Assembly: GCA_041671485.1 (NCBI GenBank)
Contig: JBAZBL010000003.1
Span: forward strand, 25,412-89,411
Reading direction: 5' to 3'
Origin: Minisyncoccota bacterium
GTDB lineage: Bacteria; Patescibacteriota; Minisyncoccia; Phycocordibacterales; PALSA-1337
DNA: 64,000 bases
Below, piece after piece: positions 10,761-20,500 of the stretch (position 1 is its first letter; the number at the start of each line of letters is the position of its first letter). The notes under the pieces were generated by a model. It made no database searches. It was given only the letters and a program-made list of their open reading frames with translations, and was not told where the DNA came from. Position numbers and translations under genes: made by a program.

Positions 10761-11804
10761 ATGACAATAGACAAAGATAATCACGCAGAAATATCTATAT
10801 TAGTAACAGGTGGTCTTGGTTTCATCGGAAGCTGTTTTATCGAGATGCTCCTAAAGAAAGGAGATAGTGTTATAAATGTTGATAAAATGACTTATGCAAT
10901 AAGAGAAGACACCAATTTTGAAAAGCATCCAAATTATCAATTCGTTAAAAAAGATATATGTGATCTTAGAGGTTTACCTCAAAATATAAAATATATTGTA
11001 AATTTTGCAGCAGAATCCCATGTAGACAATTCAATAATAAGTACTGCCCAATTTTTCAAAAGCAATGTTCGTGGCGTATATAACTTGCTTGAATTGATAA
11101 GGAGATTACCGAAAGAAAGACGACCTGTATTTATTCAGATCTCAACTGATGAAGTCTATGGTGATATATTGACAGGATCATTCAAGGAAACAGATCCACT
11201 CAAACCCTCTAGTCCATATTCGGCAACAAAAGCAGCAGCAGATCAATTGGTCATGGGTTGGGGAAGGACTTATGGATTGAAATATCGAATAACTAGAAGT
11301 AGCAATAATTATGGATATGGGCAACGTCCAGAGAAATTGATACCAAAAGCAATGAAATTGGCTATGAAGAATGAGAAGATACCAATTCACGGTGATGGTT
11401 CATATCGTCGCGAATGGATATATACAGAGGACAATTGCAGAGCTATAATCCTTGTCATGGAAAGAGGTCTTGATGGTGAAATATATAATATTTCTACTGG
11501 AGAAGAATTCACAAATCTTGAAGTTGTAAAAAAAGTATTGGTAACCATGAATAAACCCAATAATATGTATAGATACGTAACAGATCGTCCAGGACAAGAT
11601 GTCAGATACTATGTCGATTCGAGCAAAATAAGAAGTCTTGGTTGGCAACCCAAAATGACACTCGATCAATATCTACCCATCTGTAAAAAACTGAATGAAG
11701 AAAGGACTCGAAATTTACCCCTCGGAAAAAAAGAACGTTTAGCAAGAATGTTTGGTCTATCAAAACTATTTTATGCCCAACCCAATAAGGAAAATATTCA
11801 ATAA
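10761..11804 (+). CDS. rfbB: dTDP-glucose 4,6-dehydratase
   Basis: TGGLGFIG, AAESHVD, STDEVYG, YSATK, DRPGQD.RY. Confidence 0.9.
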   Translation: MTIDKDNHAEISILVTGGLGFIGSCFIEMLLKKGDSVINVDKMTYAIREDTNFEKHPNYQFVKKDICDLRGLPQNIKYIVNFAAESHVDNSIISTAQFFKSNVRGVYNLLELIRRLPKERRPVFIQISTDEVYGDILTGSFKETDPLKPSSPYSATKAAADQLVMGWGRTYGLKYRITRSSNNYGYGQRPEKLIPKAMKLAMKNEKIPIHGDGSYRREWIYTEDNCRAIILVMERGLDGEIYNISTGEEFTNLEVVKKVLVTMNKPNNMYRYVTDRPGQDVRYYVDSSKIRSLGWQPKMTLDQYLPICKKLNEERTRNLPLGKKERLARMFGLSKLFYAQPNKENIQ

Positions 11805-12474
11805 AGCTGGTATCGATCTGCATAGATATCATCCTTCGGCCGATCGTTTGGCTTGGCTTTCTGGTCTCAATATTAAAACGGTCTTTGATACAGGTGCAAA
11901 TATCGGCCAATTCGCAACCGAAATAAGAGAAAGACTTCCATTTGTACAAATATACTCTTTTGAACCAATCAAAGAATGTTACGAAAAATTGATAGTGAAC
12001 TTTGCTAATGACAAGAATTTTCAAGCTTTCAATTGCGCTTTGGGAGAAATAGAGGGATTATTGAATATGAATAAGAGTTCCTATACTCCTAGTTCTTCCC
12101 TTCTTGCTATGGCAGATTCGCACAAACAATTGTTTCCTCATACAAAAGACAATAGATCAGAGTCTATTAGCATTAGGCGTTTGGATGAAGTATCAAATGA
12201 GATCAATGTAGAAAAAGATATACTGATCAAGGTTGATACCCAAGGCTATGAAGACAAAGTCATTGCTGGTGGTATAAAAACATTTTTACAAGCCAAAGTT
12301 GCAATCATGGAAGCATCTTTCATACGTCTATATGAAGGTCAGCCATTATTCGATGATATATATGAAAAAATGAAATCTCTTGGTTTTACATACAATGGAG
12401 CACTACATCAAAAGATCAATCCAAAAACTGGTGAGGTCATATTTGAAGATGCTATATTTGTACGCAATCAATAA
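11773..12474 (+). CDS. FkbM family methyltransferase
   Basis: DTGANIGQF, SFEP, KVDTQGYE. Confidence 0.87.
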   Translation: MPNPIRKIFNKAGIDLHRYHPSADRLAWLSGLNIKTVFDTGANIGQFATEIRERLPFVQIYSFEPIKECYEKLIVNFANDKNFQAFNCALGEIEGLLNMNKSSYTPSSSLLAMADSHKQLFPHTKDNRSESISIRRLDEVSNEINVEKDILIKVDTQGYEDKVIAGGIKTFLQAKVAIMEASFIRLYEGQPLFDDIYEKMKSLGFTYNGALHQKINPKTGEVIFEDAIFVRNQ

Positions 12475-13504
12475 TATCTCTTGCCAACTTCTTATTGGTT
12501 AATCTTTCCTCATACAGTTTTTTCCCATTCTCTGCAAGGCTTCGTACTAATTGGGGTTGATTTTTCAATAATAAAATCTTTTCTGCCAAATCTTCTGGAT
12601 CACCACAATTGACCATAAGACAATTGACATTATCAGTCAATAATTCGCTAATTCCATTTGTACGACCTGTGATATAAGGAAGACCGAGAGCTAGTGTTTC
12701 GAAAGCTTTATGAGGAATAGTACGTTCCAATCTTTCATGAATTCCAAACTGCCCCAAAGAAACATGACATTCGAGCATTTTCTGTCTTACTTCATTGGGC
12801 AAAATATGTTCAGTGATCCATTTGAGATTTTTTGGTTTCAATTCATCTATACAAGATTTGATCTCTTCTTCTGTGCGTCCACTACCAATAATGAGAAATT
12901 CTATATCCTCATTTTCAAGAAGTTTTGCTGTTTGGACAACATATTGAATACCAGCTTCAGGCAAGAATTTGCCACGGAAAATAGCGGTGAACTTTTCCCT
13001 CTTTTCGACACTTGAATCTTCATGAAAAATTTCTTCATCGGCACCCGTTAGAACACACACAACCTTTTCAGCTTCCAATAAAAATCTTTTTATGAAATAT
13101 TCTTTCTGATGATTTGTCTCTACCAAAATAAGATCAGCCGACTTTGCTGACAACAAATCGATAAGCCTAATCCATAATCTCATGAAAGGGTTATAACGAT
13201 AACGACCACGAGAAATAACTTCACCTTCATATAGAGAACAAAGAGCGTCGAAAACAATAGGTTTACAAGAAATCATTTTTGCGAAAGATACAACAATATG
13301 TCCTGGATAACCAACAATCATCACATCATAACCGCCATTTTTTATAATCATTCTGTGTTTCTTCCATAATCTCCAATACTTGAGAAGTCCAAGCGAATCA
13401 TCATGACATTCTATAATTTCTATACCATTTTGCCTCAGACCAGAAATATAGACCTTATTACGGCCAAAGTTACTATTATATATACCAAAATAACATATTC
13501 TCAT
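12452..13504 (-). CDS. GT4 glycosyltransferase
   Basis: GT-B C-terminal IPHKAFETLALGLP; paralog of 18144-19196. Confidence 0.85.
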   Translation of the reverse strand: MRICYFGIYNSNFGRNKVYISGLRQNGIEIIECHDDSLGLLKYWRLWKKHRMIIKNGGYDVMIVGYPGHIVVSFAKMISCKPIVFDALCSLYEGEVISRGRYRYNPFMRLWIRLIDLLSAKSADLILVETNHQKEYFIKRFLLEAEKVVCVLTGADEEIFHEDSSVEKREKFTAIFRGKFLPEAGIQYVVQTAKLLENEDIEFLIIGSGRTEEEIKSCIDELKPKNLKWITEHILPNEVRQKMLECHVSLGQFGIHERLERTIPHKAFETLALGLPYITGRTNGISELLTDNVNCLMVNCGDPEDLAEKILLLKNQPQLVRSLAENGKKLYEERLTNKKLARDIIDCVQI

Positions 13505-13506
13505 AA

Positions 13507-14232
13507 TTATTTATTTATTAGTATCTTTCGCAATCGAGATTTCAATCTTAAAAGATCACAAAACATCCCTATGGAATCTTTAAATAAAGTTACTTTGGAT
13601 TCAGAACTATCTCGCCAAATGATATCTATAGAATCAATCTTATACTTATACCATTGTGATATGACTATAAGTTCAGTATCGAATATCCAAGTCCTTTCCT
13701 GAAGAAGAGGGGCAATCTTTTCGAAAGAACTTCTTTTCATGGCCTTGAAACCACATTGATGATCTGCGAGACGACTACCGAATAAACTACGAACAAAAAA
13801 ATTATAGAACCATGACGAGATCTTACGCACTTTTTTCTTGGATATAACTTGGGATTGTGGCCCAAGACGATTCCCTATTGCCATATCATTCCCTTTTATA
13901 GCAATCGAATCAATAAGTGGTCTAAAAAAATCGAGATCTGAAGACAAATCTATATCCATAAAAGAAAGTACATCAGCCTCACTTTTCATCCATGCAGTCC
14001 TGATCGCCAATCCTTTTCCTTTACCATCTATTTTCAGACTTTTAACATTATTATACTTTCTCGATAAATCACTACATATTAAAGGTGTACGATCTCTACT
14101 ACCATTATCTGCAAGAATAATAGAATAGTCATAAGGAAAAGAAGAAGACTTCAAATGTTCCACAAGCTTCATTATTGAGTCTGTCAATATCTTTTCTTCA
14201 TTATATAACGGAATAACGATATCTACCTTCAT
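13507..14232 (-). CDS. GT2 polyprenyl-phosphate glycosyltransferase (DPM/DPG-like)
   Basis: VIPLYNEE, DNGSRD, GKG.A, MDID, DHQCGFKA, FDTEL. Confidence 0.87.
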   Translation of the reverse strand: MKVDIVIPLYNEEKILTDSIMKLVEHLKSSSFPYDYSIILADNGSRDRTPLICSDLSRKYNNVKSLKIDGKGKGLAIRTAWMKSEADVLSFMDIDLSSDLDFFRPLIDSIAIKGNDMAIGNRLGPQSQVISKKKVRKISSWFYNFFVRSLFGSRLADHQCGFKAMKRSSFEKIAPLLQERTWIFDTELIVISQWYKYKIDSIDIIWRDSSESKVTLFKDSIGMFCDLLRLKSRLRKILINK

Positions 14233-14276
14233 TAGTGTGGTATTATATAGCATATTACCCATTTTGGATACATTTT

Positions 14277-15170
14277 ATGAGAAATATATTGAGTGGCATT
14301 ATCAAACATATATTAGGAATCTTACCTCCTACTTTGCCGCCCAAAATATACAATTTTCTTATCAAAATACCTGTTTTCAAATATGTGTTAAATAAGCTTA
14401 TAAAGAATATAACTCCAGACTTTATTGATATTAGTGAGGGAAAGATCTACTTCAATAAAGCAGATCCAGTTATGACAGCGTGGACAACTATGGGTTCCTT
14501 TGAGCCCGGAACAGTAAAATTCTTTAGAGAAGCTATACGAGAAGGAATGAACATAATAGATATTGGTGCAAATATTGGTTATTACACTGTTATCGCCAGT
14601 AAGAGGGTTGGACAATCTGGAAAAGTTTTCTCATACGAACCAGATCCTGAAAATTTTCGTTTTCTAGAAGATAATATTAAAAAGAACAATTTAGAAAATA
14701 CTATACCATTAATGACTGCTCTATCTGACACGATCAGTGAGAGAAAACTTTATCTTGGTAATAATAAATGTACTACTCATGCTTTCACAGACAATTCAGG
14801 AACTGGTAAATCAGAACTTGTAAACACTGACACTCTTGATCATTCACTAATTCAATATGGTTCGCCGATAATAGACATTATCAAAATTGATATTGAGGGA
14901 GCAGAAATATTAGCACTTGAAGGTATGAAAGAGACAATCAATAGAAGCCCAAATCTAATTATGTTTACAGAACTTTACCCAAAAGCTATGAGGCGACTCA
15001 ATAGAAATCCAGTTGAATATCTAGAAAGATTACAAAGATTTGGATTCACACTATTTCTTATTGATGAGAACAAACAAAATCTTGATACGATAAATGATAT
15101 CAATAAATTTATTTTGACTTTTAGAGATGATGAATCAGTAGAAAATATTTATGCTGTCAAGAAACATTAA
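14277..15170 (+). CDS. FkbM family methyltransferase
   Basis: DIGANIGYY, YEPDP, KIDIEGAE. Confidence 0.88.
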   Translation: MRNILSGIIKHILGILPPTLPPKIYNFLIKIPVFKYVLNKLIKNITPDFIDISEGKIYFNKADPVMTAWTTMGSFEPGTVKFFREAIREGMNIIDIGANIGYYTVIASKRVGQSGKVFSYEPDPENFRFLEDNIKKNNLENTIPLMTALSDTISERKLYLGNNKCTTHAFTDNSGTGKSELVNTDTLDHSLIQYGSPIIDIIKIDIEGAEILALEGMKETINRSPNLIMFTELYPKAMRRLNRNPVEYLERLQRFGFTLFLIDENKQNLDTINDINKFILTFRDDESVENIYAVKKH

Positions 15171-15179
15171 TAGAATCTT

Positions 15180-16673
15180 CTAGCGATGTTTTAAAATTGA
15201 ATATTTATACGCCGTCTGATCTAAAATATAGTTTCCGAAGACAGTATCTTTTTGTGGATCATATTTTGATGTTTCAACTATAACCATATCTATTGTACCA
15301 GATTTGAGATGAGATAATTGTTCTTTACCGATCGTATTGATACGCGTCGTAAGAATAGATTGATAATAATTCTTGCTTTGAATAAATGGTGCAACTTCTG
15401 GTGTATCATAAAAAAATACTGATGTTGTAGTTGAGGTCTTGCTAAAATATTCTTGCCAAAACTCTGTTTTATGACTTCCATATGCTTCTGCAACCCAAGA
15501 ATTGAACATTAACTGATATAGGCCAAATAAAGAAAGAAGTACAATCGCAATAACAGGAATACTTTTCTCGTAATACTTAAAAATATTTAGATACCTAGAT
15601 CTATCAAAAATGAAATTATTTATAACTCTTAGTGTATTTGGCAAAAATACAAGTATCAATATCTGTGCTGGGAAAAAATATCTGAATATTCCACCAATGC
15701 GCAGATAAGAAACCATAATAGTAATACTAAATATAAAAGCAATTATCTCCTCGATATTGATCTTCTCTTTTATATATACTTTTATTGATATAGCGAAAAC
15801 CCAAAGTGATATGAGGATCACTGTATATATAGTACTTATATTTGTGAACAAAGCATTGATACTCTGCATAACAACGGTCAAAATACTCTTATGATAATTT
15901 GGATCTTCAAAAGCATAAGGATTGGCATAATAACTAAATACTTGAAATACCGAATCACCAGACTGAAATTGGATGAAAAACCAAGCAATAATTGGCATAC
16001 AAAAAGATAATACACCTATCAGAATACTCTTTTTGGAAATATCCCCACGTTTCCACCCAACAATAATCCCTACAATAATTGCAGGTGCCAATAGGATAAA
16101 AAAAGGTTTAGTTGATATACATAAACCTGCAAAGATGCCAGACAAGATTATCCACACTGTCTTCTTGTCTTTTGTAGATATGACAAGATTTAAAAATAAT
16201 AGAAATAAGATAAAATACAATAGACCAGGAACTTCACCCAGAATACTCTTGCCATTACCATACAATGGTGCAAACGTTGCAAGAAGAGCCATCGATCCAA
16301 GAGCTGTAATATTACTAAATATTCTTTTTACCAGAAAATAACTTGCTATTATGAGTGCCAAAATAAACACTGCCATAAGTGCGCGACCAGACAATACACT
16401 TATCCCAAAGACTTTCATCCATAAGGCCAATGGGTAAATAAGTGGATAACTCACTGTCTGATACATTGAAATATGCATGATATTTCCCGGAGCCAATTGG
16501 AGTCCAAATACACCACTTTCGGCCAAATTGGTGGCGCTTTGGAAATACCATCCTTCGTCATACCAAAAAGATGGACTTTCAGTTAGTTGATAGGTTGCAA
16601 AAAAAATAGTGACTACAAATAAGACACATATAATTACTTTACTTATTTGCCTGCTACTAAGATCTTTAAACAT
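15180..16673 (-). CDS. GT-C fold ArnT/PMT-like membrane glycosyltransferase
   Basis: N-terminal TM then WYDEGWY acidic loop, many TM helices. Confidence 0.75.
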   Translation of the reverse strand: MFKDLSSRQISKVIICVLFVVTIFFATYQLTESPSFWYDEGWYFQSATNLAESGVFGLQLAPGNIMHISMYQTVSYPLIYPLALWMKVFGISVLSGRALMAVFILALIIASYFLVKRIFSNITALGSMALLATFAPLYGNGKSILGEVPGLLYFILFLLFLNLVISTKDKKTVWIILSGIFAGLCISTKPFFILLAPAIIVGIIVGWKRGDISKKSILIGVLSFCMPIIAWFFIQFQSGDSVFQVFSYYANPYAFEDPNYHKSILTVVMQSINALFTNISTIYTVILISLWVFAISIKVYIKEKINIEEIIAFIFSITIMVSYLRIGGIFRYFFPAQILILVFLPNTLRVINNFIFDRSRYLNIFKYYEKSIPVIAIVLLSLFGLYQLMFNSWVAEAYGSHKTEFWQEYFSKTSTTTSVFFYDTPEVAPFIQSKNYYQSILTTRINTIGKEQLSHLKSGTIDMVIVETSKYDPQKDTVFGNYILDQTAYKYSILKHR

Positions 16674-16684
16674 CTAAAATAATA

Positions 16685-17428
16685 TTATGGCTTTCTTCCA
16701 AAAATTATAACCGAACCAGAAATTTCTCTTAATAATGGTATCTTTTCAACTAATTTTCCAATCTTATTTACCAATGAAAGAAATATATTTGGTGTTGATG
16801 GATGTAGAAAATCATAAGTAAAAATAGAAATATCTATAAAGCCAATTCTCTTCATTAGTCTAGCGAATTTCCAACGAATAATTGCAGTCTCATCTGGAGA
16901 ATCTCCTAACCATTTCTTAATAAAAGGAATATTTTTTTGGACAAAGATTTGTGGATTCAACATATTCGGTTCAGCAAAAACCATTCTTCCTCCTGGTTTC
17001 AAGACCCTTAATATCTCAGTCAGTGCTGGAATGAAATCCAAATGATGAAGTATAGAGCTACCAAAAACAACATCAAATTCATTATCAACAAATGGTAAAT
17101 GCATTGCATCAGCGAGCAGAAAATTAACACCATGCACTTCATTCTTTGCTATATCTAATAAATCTGGAGATAGATCAGTTGCTATGATATTGGCTCTGGT
17201 CAATTCTTTGACTTTCTTTGTAAATAAACCAGTGCCACAACCAATTTCAAGTACTTTATCAGTTAAAGTAATTTTTCCAACAGAAACAAAATATCTAGCA
17301 CGACGTTCTGCTCTAATTTTCCCAGCTGGACTTGACCAATTCCAAATAGCCTCAGCTCCTTCACTTGTCAATTTTTTACCATGTTCTATCTCATGTTCAA
17401 GACGAATATTATATGATTTATCTGACAT
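16685..17428 (-). CDS. Class I SAM-dependent methyltransferase
   Basis: LEIGCGTG, LPF.D..FD, RVLKPGG. Confidence 0.88.
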   Translation of the reverse strand: MSDKSYNIRLEHEIEHGKKLTSEGAEAIWNWSSPAGKIRAERRARYFVSVGKITLTDKVLEIGCGTGLFTKKVKELTRANIIATDLSPDLLDIAKNEVHGVNFLLADAMHLPFVDNEFDVVFGSSILHHLDFIPALTEILRVLKPGGRMVFAEPNMLNPQIFVQKNIPFIKKWLGDSPDETAIIRWKFARLMKRIGFIDISIFTYDFLHPSTPNIFLSLVNKIGKLVEKIPLLREISGSVIIFGRKP

Positions 17429-17442
17429 AATATAATAGTAGA

Positions 17443-18132
17443 TTACTTAACCCTACAATAATAAACCATTCTAAAACCTAATAAATTTTTCCACAATCTT
17501 GGTAACCATGGCAAAAGTCCCCTGAATGAGAAACCATCAGAGACTGGTGTTGATATCACTTCAAGTCCCATTGCTTCCAGCCAATCGAGAAAATCAATAT
17601 GAGACCAGTAACGGAGATGTTCTGATGGATGATATACCCATTGAGTAAAGAATCTACCACGAAACATTAGTCCATAACGAAACTGATAAGAAGCACTATT
17701 CGGAACAGTTATTAGAAAATATTTCGTATATGGCTTTAATGCTTTGACGGTCTGCTCTGGATTGCGAGTATGTTCGAGAACTTCACTCAATATCAAATAA
17801 TCAAACTTATCTGACAATTTTATATTATTAACTTTCTCAATATCAATCTCAAAACCATCAATACCTAGTGTACGGTACTGATCAAGAACTATTTTCGAAA
17901 TATCTGCTACTTTGACATCACATCCTTTTTCTTTTACTTTCACTGGTAACAGTGAATTCCCACATCCAATATCAGCAATTTTGGCTCCGATAGGAATAAT
18001 ATCTAGCATAATTTGCTCCCTTGGTTTCAACTTTTTATTGAGTTGCCAACCACGATAATTCCAATAGTCATCATAGTCAATATCTTTTATATTGTGAAAG
18101 TCGGGCTTTCTTATCCAAGGTGATGTAAACAT
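17443..18132 (-). CDS. Class I SAM-dependent methyltransferase (MetW-like)
   Basis: DIGCGN, SEVLEH, TVPN. Confidence 0.82.
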   Translation of the reverse strand: MFTSPWIRKPDFHNIKDIDYDDYWNYRGWQLNKKLKPREQIMLDIIPIGAKIADIGCGNSLLPVKVKEKGCDVKVADISKIVLDQYRTLGIDGFEIDIEKVNNIKLSDKFDYLILSEVLEHTRNPEQTVKALKPYTKYFLITVPNSASYQFRYGLMFRGRFFTQWVYHPSEHLRYWSHIDFLDWLEAMGLEVISTPVSDGFSFRGLLPWLPRLWKNLLGFRMVYYCRVK

Positions 18133-18143
18133 AGATAATAAAA

Positions 18144-19196
18144 TTATTTAGAAATATATTTAGATATTACAGCAACAAGTGATTTTGCGACAGGTGCAGG
18201 GAAATATCTCGATACTGCAATATAACCATTCTTGGCAAGACTTGCACATCTCTCTTTATCATTTGCTAACATCTTTATACCATCTACTATAGATTTAATG
18301 TCATTATTTACAAGTAATATTTCACTATCAGAAAAGATTTCTCTTATTGCAGGAGTATCCATAGTAATTACTACTCTACCTGACGCCAATCCTTCATATA
18401 CTTTATTTGGTACGGCCCTTTGCCCTTTTGCAGTATCACCAAATATACCTAATATTATATCAGCTTCTGCCATGTATTTATTTAATTCACTCGGTGGTAC
18501 TGGTGCTCTTGATACAAATTCAATATTCTCTAGTTTATAACTCTCGGCAAGATCCTTGGTTCTTTTATATTCTTGACCATTACCAATGAGTCGAAATCTA
18601 AGTTTGGGATTATCTGCACACAATCGTGCTACTTCAATTATCTTATTTGTCCCTTGAACTGGAATAAATTTTCCATGCCAATTGATCAATATATAATCTT
18701 TATTGATATATGGTAATGGATGATAAAGCTTATCATTGACACCTAGATATACTGCATGTATTTTATCTTTATTCACACCAAACCATGACAACCAATATTG
18801 TCTATTACCTTCTGTATCAGTTATAGATACATGTGAAAACATTATTCCAAGCCAGTCAAGAATGAGTAGTTTCATCGCTCTAGGATGCCACCACGCAATC
18901 TCCTTACGATCGTAGACTACGGCTTCAAACATAGAATAAAAAGCATCAGAAATTATAGGTTTTGATGATATGAGACGAGCAAGAATGGTTGCAACAGGAG
19001 AAGGATATGCAACATATACACAATCATAATCATTATGTAATGCACGAAGATTTTTCCAGAGTTCGAAATATCTTCTCTTATATCTCCAATCTTCCCTACA
19101 CTCTGTAACTTCAACACCTATCTCTCTCAATCCAGATAAAAGAATATTATTTCTAGAATATGTAGGATCATAAATACCAAAAAAACAAATTTTCAT
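18144..19196 (-). CDS. GT4 glycosyltransferase
   Basis: VPNKVYEGLASG motif. Confidence 0.85.
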   Translation of the reverse strand: MKICFFGIYDPTYSRNNILLSGLREIGVEVTECREDWRYKRRYFELWKNLRALHNDYDCVYVAYPSPVATILARLISSKPIISDAFYSMFEAVVYDRKEIAWWHPRAMKLLILDWLGIMFSHVSITDTEGNRQYWLSWFGVNKDKIHAVYLGVNDKLYHPLPYINKDYILINWHGKFIPVQGTNKIIEVARLCADNPKLRFRLIGNGQEYKRTKDLAESYKLENIEFVSRAPVPPSELNKYMAEADIILGIFGDTAKGQRAVPNKVYEGLASGRVVITMDTPAIREIFSDSEILLVNNDIKSIVDGIKMLANDKERCASLAKNGYIAVSRYFPAPVAKSLVAVISKYISK

Positions 19197-20489
19197 TTAA
19201 ATAAATTTAATCTTCCTCGCCGCAAACACCGTCATCTTGAGTAATAACCATCCATGTTTCCATCGACTTATATTGGTAGAACCGTAAGTCCTTTCTTGGT
19301 ATCGGATTGGTAAATCGATAATTTTCATATTGAGTTTTGCTGCGCCGAAGAGCAGATCGAAGTCACCAAAAGGATCAAAATCACCAAAGAATGCACGGTT
19401 GCTTTTTATCTTCTCATAATCCACACTCCAAAGCATCTTTGTACCACAGAGTGTATCTTTGATTGTTTGATTCAATATCCAACTGAAAGCCATTCCAAAG
19501 AATTTATTAGCGATAATATTGAGTAAACGCATTGAATCTTTTTCTAATGGATATACAAGTCGTGAACCATTGATAAAATCTCCTTTATTATTTACTATCG
19601 CATCATAAAATTTCACCATCTCAAATGCTGGTACAGTCATATCTGCATCATATATCGTCAAGATATCACCTGTTGCCATATCAAATCCTTTTCTTACTGC
19701 ATCACCTTTACCATTTCCTTCTTGTTTAGAATATTTGAATATTTTTTGTCCATTATCTGTATTTGGATTTTTATTTTTTTTATCAATATTCTCTCTTTCC
19801 ACTACCCTTCTGATTTCATCAAAAGTATTATCTGTTGAATTCCCTTCTACAAAGATGATTTCGGTGAATGAACCCAAACTTGGCAATTCTTTTGCAATCT
19901 TCTCTATAGTCCCAGATTCATTTCTTGCTGGAACGATAATTGATATAGATGGTAATTTATCATTTTCATTAATCCTAGTTATTGACTTTCGAATCACCAA
20001 ATAATGAAATAGACCAAAATAATTAAATGGCCAAATATTTGCAAGATATTTATTGAGTAAAAATGAGACAAGTGGAATATAAACTGGCATTAACATTTTT
20101 GTACCAGATTTGACTGTTTCAAATCCTGCCAAATATGCAAAATTCTTGAGATCTCCGATTGAGAGCCAATTTTGCTCTATTACAGCATCTCGGAGTTTCA
20201 ACCATGAAGCCAGCCTCAAAATAGGCTCCCAGAGTGCATTATATTGAGTTATGACGATCCTTCCATCACTATTTAGGCTTTTCCCTACTTCTTCTAGGAA
20301 TCCCTGTATATCGCCTATATTACCCAATAAATCAGAGGCAACTATATATTCATATTTTTCTTCTGATCTTTCATCTGATAAGACAGTATTTTCTTTATCA
20401 AAAATAAATGATTTTGCATTGGAAGGTACAAGAAAATCAGTTATTGATTTCAAGTAATTATAATAATATCTTTTCCAGAATGATTTCAT
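19197..20489 (-). CDS. GT2 glycosyltransferase with a degenerate N-terminal methyltransferase-like domain
   Basis: VPARNE, GKGDAVR.GF, YDAD, DTLCGTK, DPFGDFDLLFGA. Confidence 0.85.
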   Translation of the reverse strand: MKSFWKRYYYNYLKSITDFLVPSNAKSFIFDKENTVLSDERSEEKYEYIVASDLLGNIGDIQGFLEEVGKSLNSDGRIVITQYNALWEPILRLASWLKLRDAVIEQNWLSIGDLKNFAYLAGFETVKSGTKMLMPVYIPLVSFLLNKYLANIWPFNYFGLFHYLVIRKSITRINENDKLPSISIIVPARNESGTIEKIAKELPSLGSFTEIIFVEGNSTDNTFDEIRRVVERENIDKKNKNPNTDNGQKIFKYSKQEGNGKGDAVRKGFDMATGDILTIYDADMTVPAFEMVKFYDAIVNNKGDFINGSRLVYPLEKDSMRLLNIIANKFFGMAFSWILNQTIKDTLCGTKMLWSVDYEKIKSNRAFFGDFDPFGDFDLLFGAAKLNMKIIDLPIRYQERTYGSTNISRWKHGWLLLKMTVFAARKIKFI

Positions 20490-20500
20490 AGTAATTATGA

